Source of the DNA: Octopus sinensis
Taxonomy: Eukaryota
NCBI RefSeq assembly: GCF_006345805.1
Contig: NC_042999.1
Coordinates: 75,392,001-75,456,000 of the forward strand
Length of the DNA stretch: 64,000 nt
Direction: 5' to 3'
Below, piece by piece: positions 26,659 through 39,730 of this stretch. The translations under genes and the position numbers were made by a program. The notes under the pieces were generated by a model. That model was given only the letters and a program-made list of their open reading frames with translations. It made no database searches and had not been told where the DNA came from. Each line of letters begins with the position of its first letter. The first letter of the stretch is position 1.

Positions 26659-28703
26659 CCGCTGCTATTGCCGCTAAAACCTTTGTGGCATTTGAAACAG
26701 AAAGGCAGTGACCATATCTTTTCGGTTTATGACCCTCTTTCACAATGGCACAAAGAAATACTTGAGTAACGATAGTGTGAATAAAGGTAATATTTAGACA
26801 GAAACTTTATGATTCTTGAGAAAAAGACGAAGTCAAGTGAGATGTAGTTTTGGGGATGGGGTTGAAAAAAACGGCTATTAGATAGTGTAGAGAAGATAAA
26901 TAGGTGTGACATAGTACAATAAAAACTGGATAATGTTAGAATGTCGTGAGAATAAACTTGTCTTCTCACGGTAAACTGACATTACCGCTTTTTAGAACTT
27001 CATTCTATTAATCGTACGCTGACACTTACTCCCATTAGACATTTCAAATTCAAATCGGTTTATCTTTCCTTTCTTAATTTTTCCGTTCGCATCCTTCCTT
27101 TATTCCTTCTTTCATTCAGTCATTTATTTTTTCTCTTTTTCTTTTATAGTCACTTTACTTATGAGTTTAATCCTAATTACTCAGCTAAAAACCACCAATT
27201 ATTTTCCTCACCATAATTCATCTGATGCCTGCCTAATGTTTTATACGTGTATATTGGCGAATTGACAGTACTACAGCTATGTAGCTTGGTGTTTGGTATT
27301 TTGTAATCAGTGCTGAGCAGTAAGCATGGCTTAGTAACGTTTTAAACAGTAAGTAGGTAAAACAAAGAAGGAGCAATTCATCATAGTAAATAGCAGCAGC
27401 CGTAGCTGCAGCAGCTGTAGAACTAGATGGTCGTTTAAAATGGTATTTGTTAATTCAGTGTGTTGATTTGGGTCTTCTAGTAAGTCTCAGCTATGATAAG
27501 AGGTATTAACTATTTTACAGTAATTCTAAACACTATAAAACTGTGGAAAGTTTTAATTCCTATGTCGATCAACCAGAAGCGTTTGATCACGCTGGTTTCA
27601 TATATACTCTCCGGCTGTACTATGTCAATAACCATAGTTTCTGATCCTCATCCATAGGGTGAGATATATTTGAAATTGCTTTTATGTCTGTAGCGGTTGT
27701 AGGTAGTTGAATCATTAACTCACGTAACATTGGACATTTACAAATTTTTGTCACTGCTGAATACGATGAATTGTCCTGCCTATATATGAGAATTGTTAGC
27801 GCAGCTAGCAGGTTAATTGTTGGACGTTTAAAGTCATACGTCTCGATTAAAGATCTACTGCAACATACTCTAGCAGTAAATACACTTAATTCTCCGTTAA
27901 TTGCTATCACGAATAGACACGAAACAATATTTATCTAAAAGAGATGAGCGGATTCTATATCCAAGGAATGCTTGGAGAAATATTGGTTTATCTCTCCCTT
28001 GCTTTAATGCCATGAAAACCGACCATTAAAATGCTCTTTGGGGATTATGAAACCTTTTCACTTATTTTTATAAGAGACTGGTGGCTATGATATGAAACGA
28101 AAAAATGTGTCTGTCTGCTAGGAGATGTACTGACATTTTATCATTTCCATAACCATGTCTATTATAACTAAATCATTGCAGAAATGTAAAATCTGAAATA
28201 TTTTTCTCTAAAAGTCTATCAATTTGTTTCTTTTTATAGTGGTACATCTAAAATATTTTGAAAAATGGGTAATAAAACAAGAATATTACGTAAAACATCA
28301 CACACATATTCAAAGCAAAATTAGTATCAAAATCCTTTTCAGTTTATCTACATCCTATAATAATAACATTATCGCAGTCTATCGCAGTTCGAACCGATGC
28401 AGGAGCCGCTACGTGGTCATTCCATCGATGAGGCGTAGCAATAAAATTTCTCTCAAATGCAACTGCATAAAAAATGAAAAAAGAACATGGATAATGTGAC
28501 CTTAGATTTCCAGATCAAAGGAAACAACAGCAGTAACAGCAATGACGAACTTATGCTTGTCAGGATTTTAGTCGTCAAAATTTTATTGGGATAATGGAAG
28601 CCTCTTACACATAAATACATACATACGTTTATGTATGTGTATGTACATATGTATATGTATGTATACTTGTATATATGTGCGTAGACATGTATGTATGCAT
28701 GTA

Positions 28704-28748
<45 letters not shown>

Positions 28749-29140
28749 TCAAAAGTCAAACACGTATAGGTATAACCAAACGAACGGAAAAACGACACAG
28801 AATGCCAAGTTGAAAAACATGTACTAAATGCACAGATGAACAGAAAACAAACACAGAAGGTCACCGCAATTTCGTGCCATTATCGATAATATTGCGTTCA
28901 CTCTGGAGGCAACAAGCAAGAAAACTTGCTGAAAATGCGACCAAAACATTACAAAACAAAACGAGACAGACAAATAATGGATGAACAGAAAATGGACATA
29001 CGAAAATGAATAAAAGTACTTCGAGACGAGACTGTTAGTGGACAAGATAGCGAAAAGAAAGAAAGAAAGAAAGAAACAGAATGTAGCCTTAAGGCCAGGT
29101 GAAGACAAGAAATGTGTGTGAGTGTGTGTGTATGTGTTCT

Positions 29141-29385
29141 GTAAATAATTATAAGCTTAAGCTTATAAGCGTTTAACGTATATCGGCTATAGAAAATAGT
29201 CTAATATTGGGGCATATAAACTCTTGACGGAGAGAAATGGGTATTAGTACGCGTAGAAATTGAACACGTGTACTAATACTTATATTTTGTTTCCGTCAAG
29301 GGCTAATATGCCCCAATATTAGGCTATTTTCTACAACCAATATACTGTGAGCACATATGTGTTTAAGCTTATAATTATTATTTAC
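29141..29385. mobile_element. Palindromic MITE-like element (about 245 bp)
   Basis: Successive inverted matches: gtaaataattataagcttaa, tagaaaatagtctaatattggggcata, cttgacgga, gtattagtac, each mirrored on the right side. (TG)n on both flanks. Confidence 0.75.
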
Positions 29386-29397
29386 AATATATATACA

Positions 29398-29454
<57 letters not shown>

Positions 29455-31129
29455 CGTGTGTGTATTCCGAGTCACTAATGCTTTAGTACATAGTTTAAAA
29501 AAGGATGACAAAACTAGTCGGTTACAGCTGGAAATTGAAAGAAATGTCTTGTAGGTATATAAGACTATTGTAGTAAATACTATAGCTATGAGTAACACTA
29601 CTTATATCTAAACAAATTGTTGCATGTAACGTGTTTGTTCTATTTTAATGCAGTTCTATGCTTTACAATATTAGTAAAAATATAAAATTTCTACTCCAAA
29701 TCCTTCTATGTTTGCCTTTCTTTGTAATTGTTCTCCATTCCTGCTGTCCATTGAAAACTGTTTATTTTATCGTCAAATGATGCATAATTACAAATACATT
29801 AACAATATTTTTCATTCAAAACTATTTTCGAATCGTTCATATGAACAACGAGGAACTATTTTTTCAAAATTATATTAAGTTGGTAGACTAGTTAATTTAC
29901 GTTAAAAAGATTTAGAAGCTTATTTCTCAATACTATTTAAATTCATCTTACGGTGTACTATGTAAATAAGTGAATTTAGGTTATAGAGTAATGTTTTAAT
30001 TATTGCAATTAGTAATTAACACAATATCACAGTCGAAACCACTCAGCATTTTTCTAAACACTGGAGACCCTTAGATACCATAATTTCGCCGAGTGACTGC
30101 TAGCAGAACCCGACAGTTGTATTCCTACTACTAAATAGAAAATGATTTGTACGTGATGTTATTTCATTGGGTGAATATAGAGGATGTGTTGTTCAGAGAA
30201 CGTTTTGTGTTATGTTATAGAATTAAAAATGGCTTGCATAGTATTTTAGCTGTTCGTCGCAGGGTTATTTTGGAGGGCAGTGTGTCGAATTATAAAGCCA
30301 GGTATGGTTTTTATGTTTGTGTACTTGTTCTTTATATTCAGTTAATATCGGTTAATATCACTACCAGTTAAAATTGGTACTATTATTAGTTTTCCCTGTT
30401 TATTTCCATTTCATGATTTTTGAACTTAGATAATCTTATGATCTTTTTTCGCTAAATATTTTAGCTATACGGATCGAAATACTTATCAGAATAGAGACTT
30501 CTTTCATATCCAAGGAGTTTATGTTAATCTTCTTGAGAGGCTGCACCAGATAATTATAACCAGATCATCGTCATGTTCCATTTTTGGTGCATGTTTAACC
30601 CACTTTTTAGCCATTTTTACTTCGAAGTGTTAGCATGGCTTTAGAAGCCTTCTGTTTCTACTGTTAGCCGATTGCTTTTGAACCATGGCTCACATCCCCC
30701 ATCCATCACTCACGACTTACATATTATCGATCACAGTGTAGAATCCTTTCCTATTTTTACCTATTTAATTAATTCTGTTTTTATTTTAGTGTTTGTTTTA
30801 AAATTTTTTCTATTGTTTTGTCCATTTGGAGGTGTTCCAGCATGCCCATAGCCTATGGGCAAAAATACGTAAAAAATGTTAGAATATATATATCTTTTTC
30901 TTCAGCGTAGATAGCACCTTTCCTACTTTATTATTTCCTTATATTGAAGGAATATTTTAAAAACTTAGTTTTTTTAATTAAATTAATCAGTTTTCATTAG
31001 AATTAACTAAAAACACTTGCTAATTCTACTGTTGTCCTTTAATAATAGTTTTCTGCTTCCATAAAAATCCATTCTCCCTGTGTAAGATGGCGGCCATCTT
31101 TAATATGGTGTCTTCGGAACACTGTGAGG

Positions 31130-31718
31130 AGATTACTTGTTTTTCTATTGAAATGCTTTTTATTCTCTTAATTTCCAACATTATTATGTTTACCTATTGT
31201 CAACTGAAAGCAGTTTTGGCACAAATTTGGCAAACATGAGTTTCATACTCAAATCTTCGGTGATAATGGACTGAACTGAATCGTAACTAATCTGTACGTC
31301 TTCTGATAACTCATGGATGGTGATTCGACGATTTCCCCTCACAGCTGCACGTGCATCTGCAATATTTTTCTCAAATCTGCTGGCTGCGGGTATCCCAGAA
31401 TGTTCGTCAAAATCGACATTTTTTCGGTCATCTTGGAAACGTCTGGACCACTCGTAAACTTGCGTCGGGCTCATGCACTCCTCGCTATACACCTTCTGCT
31501 ACTGAACAGATATCGCCATGACAACTTTTTCTGTCATGGTCAATGCAACGATCACACGACGCACACCTTTCTTTCTTCCAAGCAATTCCGTAAACAGCGC
31601 AAGTGCTAGAGCGTTAAAACTTAGTGCATATGCTCATCAGAATTCAAGGTCAATCTGTGCCAAGCAGCTTCACTCTGCATACTATGGTAACAATCCGGAT
31701 ACTTATTGATCAGACTTC

Positions 31719-31719
<1 letters not shown>
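31130..31719 (-). mobile_element. Mariner transposon 5' half
   Basis: TA|CGAAGTCTGATCAATAAGTATCCGGA terminal repeat embedded in (TA)n. ORF 31190-31492 QVYEWSRRFQD...NRRITIHELS...AKFVPKLLS (HTH region plus WVPHEL-like motif). Confidence 0.85.
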
Positions 31720-31794
<75 letters not shown>

Positions 31795-31833
31795 TATATA
31801 TATACATATACATATATTTATTTATACATGCAT

Positions 31834-31877
<44 letters not shown>

Positions 31878-32321
31878 CCTTAATACTTGCAGGCAAAATC
31901 GATGTACATTTTAACAGTAAATAAGTAAAACAAGATATCTGGTGTCTTGTAATAACAGCAGTGTTAAACATTAAATTTTCACATCTTTTTTTTGGTTATT
32001 GAATGTGTCCTATCCTGTCAAGGAAAAGAACGCAATACTTTCAGCGTGCTTGACTTAAGAACATGTGAGCTGGTATTGTGCACACAATTGTTTCGCTATT
32101 TTATCAAGCAAGTTTGAACTGCAAGACGCTTTTTATCAGTAGAAATAGCAAACGTAAATGCATTTACTATAGGAAACCTTTACAAAATTAAAAGCAACTT
32201 TTACACTTTTATCACACTCTTTTATTACAATTGCGAGTCAAGCAGGACACCTTTTCACAATCGACCAAATTGATAGAAATAGCAGTTAACTATTCCTCAA
32301 ATCACACTCTTCTGTCTAAAA

Positions 32322-33436
32322 AGCACTTGAATTATAATTTCAAACTCTTTTTCTTTCAAATTCTAGTAAATAAAATTATATTCCACTTTTTTTTCACTTT
32401 AGATATATCTATATAGATATAGATATTTATATATATTTATATTTACTTTTAAAACTAAAATGCATCAAACACACAAACAAACACCTTTAACCATATGTGC
32501 TCGATCAAACTTGGGTGACCTATTGCTAAACAATAGCAACATCAAACTGTTTGCTGTATCGCATTATGTTACCTATTTACAGCTAAATGGACAAAGTCAC
32601 TGAGAGTAGAATGTCTTGACTAGGAACGAAATAGCGCCAACTTTTTTGAAGACTGTTTGATGCTTTATGGAGATACTGTCTTCTGTAGTTCCTTAGCGAC
32701 ATAATGGAATTGAAATAAATGCAACTGCATATCGAAACCGTGCCATGTATTTACAGGAAGTTTTTCTTTCTCCTCTCTAAATATTTATTTATTTCTGGTT
32801 AAGAAAACTGGATAGCAGTGGCATTTATATCATACCTGATGGTGTCAAAAATATAAGTGAAATTAAATAGTGTTCGAGTGAGAATCAGAATCGCTTCTCT
32901 GTCATCAATGTTAGGTGCTTACCTTCTATTCCAAAGAGTTATTGACGACGTCCTATGATAAAAACAGAAGGATTTCTGACCATAAGGGAAGTACATTATT
33001 TTCCTTTAATGTGAGAAGAAAGACCTGATTGTGTGATGCTCATTACTTTTGTAACGGCATTCCCGATGTAAACTTAAATCCACAAGGTATGGAAACCAAG
33101 TCGCAGACTTGGCACGGCAGTAGTTTTATCTCCATTCCAATCCATTATGTAAAACTATAATATGAAATACAAAAACCATGCAAAGAAAATTTTCAGCGGA
33201 TTCCTTCTTTCAATTTAATGTAAAAACAACTTTAATAGAACAAACAACAAAAACAGATTTTTTGAGTGTTTTCAACGCACTTTAATTATAATTTCAAACT
33301 CTTTTTCTTTCAAATTCTAGTAAATAAAATTATATTCCATTTTTTTTTCACTTTAGATATATTTATATAGATATAGATATTTATATATATTTATATTTAC
33401 TTTTAAAATTAAAAAGCATCAAACAAACAAACAAAC
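32322..33436. repeat. About 160-bp direct repeat pair (32322-32482 and 33278-33436)
   Basis: Near-identical attataatttcaaactc...gcatcaaac copies about 955 bp apart. Confidence 0.9.
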
Positions 33437-33705
33437 AAAGAAAAAAATGACTTTAGTTTGTCATCTGACAATCAGTTCAACATCTTCAAATCCTTTCTGC
33501 AACAATTCTGCTTAGTAATAATGCTTATTTTTTTTCCTCATTTCTTTTAAATATAAAACTCCATATCAATATGATTCTGTCTTTTTCTATAACTTTTTGC
33601 CACTCAGCCAATTGTTCTGCAATTGATATCTTCATTCTTTCTCTTTTTTTTTAACGTTTCAAAGCTTTAGGAACTTTCAGCTGCCAGTAATTACAGGTAT
33701 GCTCA

Positions 33706-33745
<40 letters not shown>

Positions 33746-33746
<1 letters not shown>

Positions 33747-33845
33747 GGCCGAGGTCGACTTTGTCTTTCAACCTTTCGGGGTCGATAAAATAAGTACTAG
33801 TTGAGTACTGGGGTCGATGTAATCGACTTATCCCTCCGAAATTGC
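33746..33845 (+). mobile_element. SINE family B 3' fragment within (ATT)n
   Basis: gccgaggtcgactttgtctttcaacctttcggggtcgataaaataagtac. Confidence 0.8.
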
Positions 33846-33898
<53 letters not shown>

Positions 33899-35458
33899 GA
33901 TAACATGGGGTTGCCCAAAACTATCTGCGTGTTTAGATTCACCTGTACCACGTCTATTCATTTCCAAAACGCCATATTTTAACAGCAGTGAAGTCTCCCT
34001 CGTAGAACAAATACAGTTATTTGGAATTAGACAATGTTAGTGAAAAGGAAAAGAGTCAATCATGTAACCAACAAGGGGACATTCAAAGTGTTCGTTTTAT
34101 ATATACATTCTGTTTATCTGACTGCTTAATAAAGAACTCTGAACAAATATACCAAAGATCCTTATGCAGGGATGCTTCTTCTCGGCTATATTCAGAGTAA
34201 AATATACTGGAGCAAGTTTCCTTTAACGTCTCAGAGCTGTAGGAGGAATTGAATCATTCACTGGTGCTGCAAGCTAACGAAACACCCGTCAATTTCTGAG
34301 TGTTTCCTTCGTTTATAGTAGTTAGCTGTAATATAGTTTGATCCTCTTTTGCAGTTAACCTGACAGGGTCAGTGAGAGTTTCTTAACCATAGGGCCATTA
34401 TTGTGCTGATTGTGAAACAAATATCCTCATAGTAACAGCCCATTCAAATCTTTCATACGGTGATTTCACATATTTCACAACCGACTATAAAGTTATAGTC
34501 TTCATTTTAATTCGCTATTATTAAATCATGGAGCCTAACCCAGTTCTCATGAAATTAAGTGGTTATGAGATATGTTTAGATAGGATTTTAGATACGACTC
34601 TAGTCTATTATGGGTGCTGAGTATCAGGGATTCTCATCACCGTACTTACCAGTAGGTAGCGTGAAAAACTGATGTGTTAGAAATGGAGTAATTTGGTCAG
34701 TGATACACATCAGTGCTCATAAGGAACTCAAAACCTTTAGGTAGTTAGCTCGGCATCTTACAATCTTAATCGGGTACATCATAAACTGTTTTATAACAAT
34801 AATATCAATAATAATGATATTTACAACAATAATGATATTTCAGTTAGGAACGATATTTTAGGAATGTAGAGCATCGTTCGTAATAGAATGTCAAGATGCA
34901 GGTATTATGTATTTTGCCATCGTGCCTCAGAAGAATAGTGCTTAGGCACAAGGACACATATATGTGGTAGATGGAGCGTGTGAAGTGTGACTTGTATGAC
35001 ATTTAAGCCCTTTCCAAAATCTTTTGTGAAGTAAATCAGATGTTACTAATCGATTTCAATATAGCTTTCCATAAAACAATACATGGATTTAGAAAAGTGA
35101 CGTTTTGATTTTCCAAGAGCACTAATAAAGATTTGTGATGACGTTGCTACAGTGAATCGAACGTTATCTCTAGAACTCATTTCAAAGAAAATATTACATC
35201 GCACTGTAACTACATTATAATGAGTGTAATGACTAGCAACAAGGCTGGAAGTAGTAGGGAGAGGGAGGGGGAGATAGATGATAGAGAGAGAAAGAAAGAG
35301 TGGAGGAGAAGTAAGGCCATTTAATTTAATTCCAAATGTATCTGTTACTTATTCTCACAACTCCGGACGGATAAAAGGCAAAGCTGTTTTAATATTCAGT
35401 TCTTTAATCTAGCTTGTGGTTATGCTTGTTCGAAGGAACAGTCACATACTCATATATA

Positions 35459-35494
<36 letters not shown>

Positions 35495-35537
35495 TGATTA
35501 TATATATATACATATATGCATATATATTGACGTATAT

Positions 35538-35570
<33 letters not shown>

Positions 35571-35573
35571 GCA

Positions 35574-35696
<123 letters not shown>

Positions 35697-35907
35697 GCAT
35701 ATATGTATATATATACATACATATATATATATATACATATATACCAGGTGGTGCTATTAAGTTAGACATGGCCTGGGCCAATAATGGCCGAAACCTATCA
35801 AAGTATCAAAGTATATATGCATGTGTATATATATATATATATGCATGTATATATGTATATATAAGCGTTTATATATATATATATGCATGTATATATATAT
35901 ATATGTA

Positions 35908-35954
<47 letters not shown>

Positions 35955-36404
35955 TATATGCATAAACCTATTTTCACCAAACCACACGGGCACACAAGAG
36001 TTATTCAATCAACAAATAGGGAGTGTTGATGATACTGTTTAACATTTACAGTTTCCCATTCACCCTCAACGAGGTTCGTATATCAGCTAATGAGAAGGTC
36101 TTGGATTTCTTGAGGTCTTTCTTTGGCAGCAAGCAGCTGATAGCGATTGTTCTTGTTATTCATATTTTTTACCATCCTACTTATGGTATCAACACCATAA
36201 AAGGAAGATCTTTGGTAATAGACAAAAATTTCCGTGTTTGTGCAATGTTTCCAGCACATCTCAGCCTTTGTAAATCTCATTCATCTCCAAGATAATTAAT
36301 TTGGTCAGGTAAAATGATACGAAGTTACTCAACCAGAATTAGAACTCCTCTTGCTGGTTCAGTTGATTGACACTAGTAGTTCACTGAAACCTTCTACCGT
36401 GTAT

Positions 36405-36551
36405 GCATATATATATATATGTGTGTGTGTGTGTATGTGTGTGTGTGTGTGTGTGTGCGTGCGTGTGTGTGTGTGTGTATGTATGTGTGTATGTATGTAT
36501 GCTGTGTTTGTGTGTGTATTCATATATATATATATACAAATACATGCATGC

Positions 36552-36594
<43 letters not shown>

Positions 36595-36703
36595 GTGTGT
36601 GTGTGTGTGCGTGCGTGTGTGTGTGTGTGTATGTATGTGTGTATGTATGTATGCTGTGTTTGTGTGTGTATTCATATATATATATATACAAATACATGCA
36701 TGC

Positions 36704-36748
<45 letters not shown>

Positions 36749-36880
36749 GTGTGTGTATGTGTGTGTGTGTATGTGTGTGTGTGTATGTATGTGTGTGTGT
36801 GTATACACATACATGCATACATACATACATACATACATAGACACACACATACATATATAAATGTATGTGTGTGCGCGTGT
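36405..36880. repeat. Compound (TG)/(TA)/(TATG) microsatellite with a tandem-duplicated unit
   Basis: The unit containing gctgtgtttgtgtgtgtattcatatatatatatatacaaatacatgcatgc occurs twice, about 150 bp apart. Confidence 0.9.
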
Positions 36881-36965
36881 GTGTGTGCGTGCGTATCAAT
36901 TCTGGCGTATTTAATTACCCTCTCCTACCATGTTGCAAAAGATGAAGTTTCTCACCGTTAAATTC

Positions 36966-37897
36966 TCACCACCAGCCTGACCTTGGTTGCATGAGTGGAT
37001 GCGAATAACTCGGCAATACACTCATGCCTACATTAAGATTCACAGAATTCATACTATAGGAACAATTCATGTTCATTGAAGAAGATGCCAATGTTGACGC
37101 CATGTTAGCCATAGAATTCATCGGTGGCATTGAGTTCATCTGGTTATGAGCAGAAAGACTGTTATTTATGTTAGAACCTACTGTTGCGCCCAAGTTGTGT
37201 TGTAACGAGAGCTGATCCTGTGCCTTTACAAGAGATCCGTTGACCGTCGATTGACACGGTTTTCCATCTCGTACCAACACGGGCACAGCTACACGCCTTG
37301 GCGACGGTAGAGGGTTCAGTTCAATGCCTTTCTCTTGACGGGCCCGCTTCAACTTGTAACGGTGATTTTGAAACCAGATTTTCACTTGAGTCGGCGTGAG
37401 GCGAATTATGCTAGCGAGATGCTCACGTTCAGGGGCGGAGAGGTAGCGTTGCTGGCGGAAGCGACGCTCCAGCTCATAGGTCTGGGCTTTAGAAAACAAC
37501 ACCCGACGTTTGCGCTTTTTCTGAGAATCGCTACCGCCTCCACCACCACCTCCTCCACTGCTTCCGTTGCTTCCTCCCACTCCTACTCCGCCTGCACCGA
37601 CTCCTCCTCCCCCCGAATGAAGAACAAAGCTTTCTACCGTTTTGCTGCAATCAGGATTTGTAATATCCAGTGTAGACGAGTCGTCGTCGCCTAAATTCGA
37701 ACGGTTACCGAGGGGTATGCTGCTGTTGTTGGAACAGCTGCTGTTGATACTGCTATTACTGTTGCTGCTGTGGTGCAGAGGATGTGTTCGCTGAAACAAT
37801 GGTTTTATATCACTTAGTGATACGATTCCTTTAGGGTCGGGACCTTTATCACTGGGTGAACTGCTAGCGTTGGTTGCGTGTTTCAACTGATCCAAAC
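36966..37897 (-). CDS. NKX2-2: NK2-class homeobox transcription factor, Nkx2-2/vnd orthologue, terminal coding exon
   Basis: Homeodomain [57 protein letters not shown] has the NK2-diagnostic Tyr54 and the Nkx2-2-type residues (SKAQTY, RQQRY, IRLT rather than Nkx2-1 SQAQVY/KQQKY). It is followed by the NK2-specific domain [19 protein letters not shown] and a C-terminal Trp (PRSGWW*). No Met precedes the homeodomain; the ORF-track start is a TTG just after a splice acceptor. Confidence 0.96.
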
Positions 37898-37915
37898 CTA
37901 CAAAAGAAAAAAAAT
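37898..37915 (-). promoter_or_regulatory. 3' splice acceptor of the Nkx2-2 homeobox exon (phase 1)
   Basis: Minus strand reads ttttttttcttttgtag|GT TTG GAT CAG: polypyrimidine tract plus AG at 37899-37898, with two bases completing a split codon. Confidence 0.85.
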
Positions 37916-37922
37916 GGAACAG

Positions 37923-38177
<255 letters not shown>

Positions 38178-38421
38178 ATATATATATATATATTATATAT
38201 ATATATATATATACGCACACATATAATATGAAAATATACACGTAAAACACCAAAACACCTGTCGAGAGAGAGAAAGAGAGAGAGAGGGAGAGAGGGGAGA
38301 GAGAGCGAATATAAAAACAAATGTGTGTTTTTTTGTGAGTGTGCATCTTTAGATGCACAATTTTGTCTCTTATAGTCGCGGGTTGAGACTTGGGTGCAGT
38401 TGTGTGAATTAAAGCAAAGTC

Positions 38422-38439
38422 ATAATAATAATAATAATG

Positions 38440-38515
<76 letters not shown>

Positions 38516-38550
38516 TAATAATAGTAATAATAATAATAATAATAATAATG

Positions 38551-38592
<42 letters not shown>

Positions 38593-38623
38593 TAATAATG
38601 ATGATGATGATGATGATGATGAT
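38422..38623. repeat. (AAT)n followed by (ATG)n
   Basis: Direct inspection. Confidence 0.98.
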
Positions 38624-39730
38624 TTCGTTTATTTGCCACAAGGGTGAACGATGAGGGGCACAATACAAAGACAGATATAAAGTATGGGGTTTTACATATA
38701 ATGAAATGATAAAAAAGGTAAGAAAGTATACACGGTATACACTGAGAAAGAAGGGGCATACGTATAGCATACAAACGTTAAAAAAAATGTAGCGGCGAGG
38801 GTGGTAGAGATGTGGCCCTCCTGATACAGGAAGGCCTCTAGGGATAATCGAAGAAACCCACTGTCCGAGATTTCCCTGAAATCCCAAGAGCAAGTACTTT
38901 CTCCAATTCCCTTTCTCCGACTCACAGGTCTAGACTTAGTGAGGTAACATCTACTCTTGCCATTTTCGCAACTTTCACCCACCTTTCAATAAACTCACTG
39001 AGGACAGCACCTCCCTCTCCACTCTCAATTTCCTTTTCAAGTGAAACTTGAAGAAGTCAATAAGAGCTCTACCAAAGAGGAATGTATCTGTCCTCATGCT
39101 TTTCAACTTTGTCCACCAAACAACCTCTTTCCCCACAGCCACTAGGCAAAGGAAAACTGCCTTGCCGGCCCAATTGAAGGAGGGCAGCGGTGCGATCAAC
39201 ACTACAGACTCGGCCGACAGACGGATCCGTCCCACACGTGACAGTAGCTGTTCGACATATCCCCACAAGTCAGCAATGCCCGGACACTGAACGAGACCGT
39301 GCAGGACGGTTTCGTCACTCTATGCGCACCTCGGATAAGCCCGTCTGACAGCATATCCGTACCTGTAGAGTTTATCTTGAACCGGTAACACTATCAGGCC
39401 AAGGACGTCTGAAAATTATCCATGATAGTTCTCGATCGGAAAGTCCTCCAGAACAGACTAGCCAGTTCGTTCTCGTCGGCACCCAGAGTCTCCCTGCGAA
39501 CGTTGTCGCACTTTCCTGCCACTAATCCTCTATAAATTTCTAAAGTGGAACATCCACCGATTCCATTATCCGATGAGTAGAAGGCTGTGAACGCCTGACG
39601 ACATTCTAGGTGCCAGGCGCCCAGTCTTGGTCTTTTCGTCACTCAGGACTGCAGCTCCGTTAAGGAGACGAGCTGCGGAAAAACAAGTCTCACAAACGGA
39701 GCCCACACACGCTCACCGTCCAGAAATCGT
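38624..39730 (-). mobile_element. 5'-truncated second Tx1/L1-type LINE (diverged relative of 4253-9643)
   Basis: Translations RFLDGERVWAPFVRLVFPQ, RPRLGAWHLECRQA and WGYVEQLLSRVGRIRLSAES...FFKFHLKRKLRVE align with the C-terminus of ORF 4473-5414. 3' AATAAA at 38633-38628 is followed by (CAT)n. Confidence 0.88.

Noticed and set aside
27620-27910. 96-aa minus-strand ORF in unique sequence
   Set aside because: Non-ATG start, no recognisable homology, and a length expected by chance.
34700-35200. LLIDFNIAFHK resembling the RT motif LDFSKAFDK
   Set aside because: A single decayed motif without supporting neighbours; likely an old LINE but not supportable.
35950-36400. Possible Tc1-like transposase N-terminal remnant
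   Set aside because: Suggestive spacing only; no TIR pair or catalytic motif identified.
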